A DNA stretch of 64,000 nucleotides, taken from contig NMRA01000052.1 in NCBI GenBank assembly GCA_002633005.1, positions 857,235 to 921,234 on the forward strand, written 5' to 3'. The notes under the pieces were generated by a model. It was not told the DNA's origin and made no database searches. It saw only the letters and a list, made by a program, of their open reading frames with translations. A program made the position numbers and the translations under genes. Below, one piece after another: positions 61,701-64,000 of the stretch. The stretch is from Phoronis australis. Lineage: Eukaryota > Animalia > Phoronida. Numbering within the stretch: the stretch's first letter is position 1; every line of letters begins with the position of its first letter.

Positions 61701-64000
61701 GCATGAGTATTAGCAACTTAGATGAAGAAACAAAAATGTACTACCAGGATTTTGCTGTATTCGAAGATGACGTTAAAATTCCTGCTCAGGTAATTATTGG
61801 TCTTATCATAACATTTGTTTATGACATAACAAGTTGAAATAGCATGCTGTCAAGCCATTCTTGGCAATTTTTGCATGGTGGAAAACTCACGAGAAGTCCA
61901 TGTGACTCATCCATTTCCAATGTGTAGATGTAATAAACAAGATTTTCCTGTTTATTGTCTTAAATGATGCTGTCATTTTTGGATGGACAAGTCATCTCAA
62001 TTAATATTACAAATTATACTAAACTCTAGCGTAAATATCATCGTACCAGACCAAAAAGTGCAACAGAGGCATTTTGTATTATGCTCTAAGGCCATTGTTG
62101 TTTTTTTGTCAGAACCATGAACCGATGCATTTGATCCATGTAAGAATATTGGTCCAGACATAAGATCAATCATGACACTTTATATTCAAGACCTTGTTAT
62201 CTTTCTGCATGCTACAGTGAACAATTACTCCTCTTTACATCATAGTAACTTTCACTGCCAAACAGAGTTTTGCACCAGATGTCCAGAAAACCAGTGTTCT
62301 GAACCTTTGCAGACTATATTGGCAAGCTGTTTTCTTTAACGTTTGTCATCTGCAGTTAGAGCGAGTGCATGCTTATAGACGAATAAGTGTCTAGAGGTTG
62401 CGGTAAAATCTAACCAATTGCGGACAAACGTAGATCTTGCCAGAAATACCCGGTATTTTTTTCATTTTCAAGGACTTCCAGCAGTGTTGTAAATGCCGCA
62501 GTTGTTCAAAACTGTGTTTAATGGTATCTGTGGAACAAAACTTGAACTTGAAATATCATTTAATTTTGTGCTACATGTTTCATTGAAAAAATAATAAAAA
62601 TAAATTTCATTTGTCAGACAGATAATGCCCCAAATTGATGAGGTTTTTGCATAATCAGATTTTTTACAGACTCATGTTCCTGCATGTCGTGCATGTTAAA
62701 TGTAATGTCTGTAAATAGAGAGTGTCTCATCTGTAGGCTATTCTTGTGCTTGTATTTACTGGTGTGTACTTGGCATATAATCAGGTATAATCTTTTCACT
62801 TGTATGTACTCATTTGTACTCAAATGTACTCATATGTACGCAATTTGATCCCTATAGCACTTCTATACTTCCTTGGCAATGATGTGTTATTTGTCGTTCT
62901 CATGATGTAGGTGTACTTGCATATACAGCTGCAAGTGGACTTCATCAGGCTTTTAGAGAATTCATACTTCACTGACAATGATGTATTTCCCAGGTGCTAT
63001 CAGTGCTTTGGGAAGAGGAGGTGGAGATGGTTGAAGACATAATGACTGATCTAGTCAACAAATCTCTGGCCTACTGTGAACCTACTGAAGCTGGTAGCCA
63101 TAGCAACTATGTCTACTACCTCCATGACCTGCAGTTAGACTTCCTAAAAGAGAATTGTTCTGATATTAAGGTATTAAGTTATTATGTTATCACTATTTGG
63201 GAATAATTACACATGTAGCTATGTTTGGTTGCTCTTTAAACACTTTTCAAAAATAGGGGTTTTGATGTAGAAAGTTTTCCACATGTTGTATTTTGTACAT
63301 ATATGTGCGAGAGAAATCGTTACGCTAACACACAGAAACTGACCAAAGCATGTTGTGTACAATCTAGATTTCTTTAACATTCGAGTGGACGTTGTCCTGA
63401 CACAATGACAAGGCTAAGAATCTTATGGCTCTTGTAATACCTAGTATATAACTCCTAGGCAAGATGCTTAACTTGTTGTGTATGATATACACAACAAGTT
63501 AAGCATTTATTTTCTTTAGTGACTGGTACTAATTCTTCATCATCATCAGCATTGTTTCCATAAATCATTTATAAATTGTCTGTATGTCTCACCTAATCAC
63601 AGCATCTTATGACACCTGATATCTTCCTCAATTTAAATATTTTGGTGTGGGTCACAATTTACTATAAAAATTACACTGTAATAGTTAATGTTCAGTGGTT
63701 GTAGTTTTGATGTTATAATTGATTTAGTTTTATGTAGTCAGCTATGCTGTAAATTTACAAACATTCACAGTGTAAAAATATCATTTATATGCATCTATTA
63801 GTTGTTCTCCGGAATAGGACGAAATAGATTTTTTTCTTCCAATGCTGATGCCCAGCATTGGTTTTCACCGAGGATTTTCATGTGAAATTCTGGTTGAAAG
63901 GATTGATAAAGAGAAAAATATATGTGCTTTTTCATTGTCTTTTAGGCATTGCACCAGAAACTAGTCACCACGTATCTCAAGTATTGCCATGGAGACTACG
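58708..64000 (+). CDS. APAF1: Apoptotic protease-activating factor 1 (CARD + NB-ARC), 3'-partial
   Basis: Exons 58708-58845, 60368-60547, 60938-61789, 62994-63170, 63946->64000, all phase 0. CARD 'MDEQSRLSLQLNRVLLVESVDVDLVKDYLFQEGIL...IIDILPSRGPQAFSIFVDAL'; Walker A GMGGIGKS; Walker B LLILDDVWD; sensor I VTTRD; GxP KGSP; winged-helix motif YYLHDLQLDFL. Confidence 0.95.
60938..61789 (+). CDS. APAF1: Apaf-1 NB-ARC exon (852 nt)
   Basis: Open 284 codons between the ttgcag acceptor and the gtaatt donor, carrying the P-loop and Walker B motifs. Confidence 0.95.

Overview
AT-rich, intron-containing metazoan genomic DNA, apparently from a bilaterian invertebrate (species not determinable), with two scaffold gaps (2483-2667, 13400-13493). 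Four protein-coding genes could be rebuilt by hand with consistent GT-AG splice phases. (1) A 5'-truncated + strand gene (1616-21011) encodes a cell-surface protein: a sushi/CCP domain split by a ~600-residue 36-aa tandem mucin repeat, a Ser/Thr/Pro linker, an apparently stand-alone ZP-C-like domain and a GPI-signal-like tail. (2) A complete Tctex1d2/DYNLT2B dynein light chain lies on the - strand (35294-40472). (3) A complete TMEM272-like protein with three PPxY motifs lies on the - strand (45771-57643). (4) Head-to-head with it is the 5' part of a CARD-NB-ARC Apaf-1 on the + strand (58708 to window end). Introns and intergenic DNA carry decayed L1/Tx1 and Hero-like retrotransposons, tRNA-derived SINEs with long TSDs, several MITE families, Helentron-associated (HINE-like) elements and a TIR element with a decayed YqaJ-like ORF. 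The most unusual signal is the mucin array inserted inside a single CCP module. All calls are manual; no searches were run.
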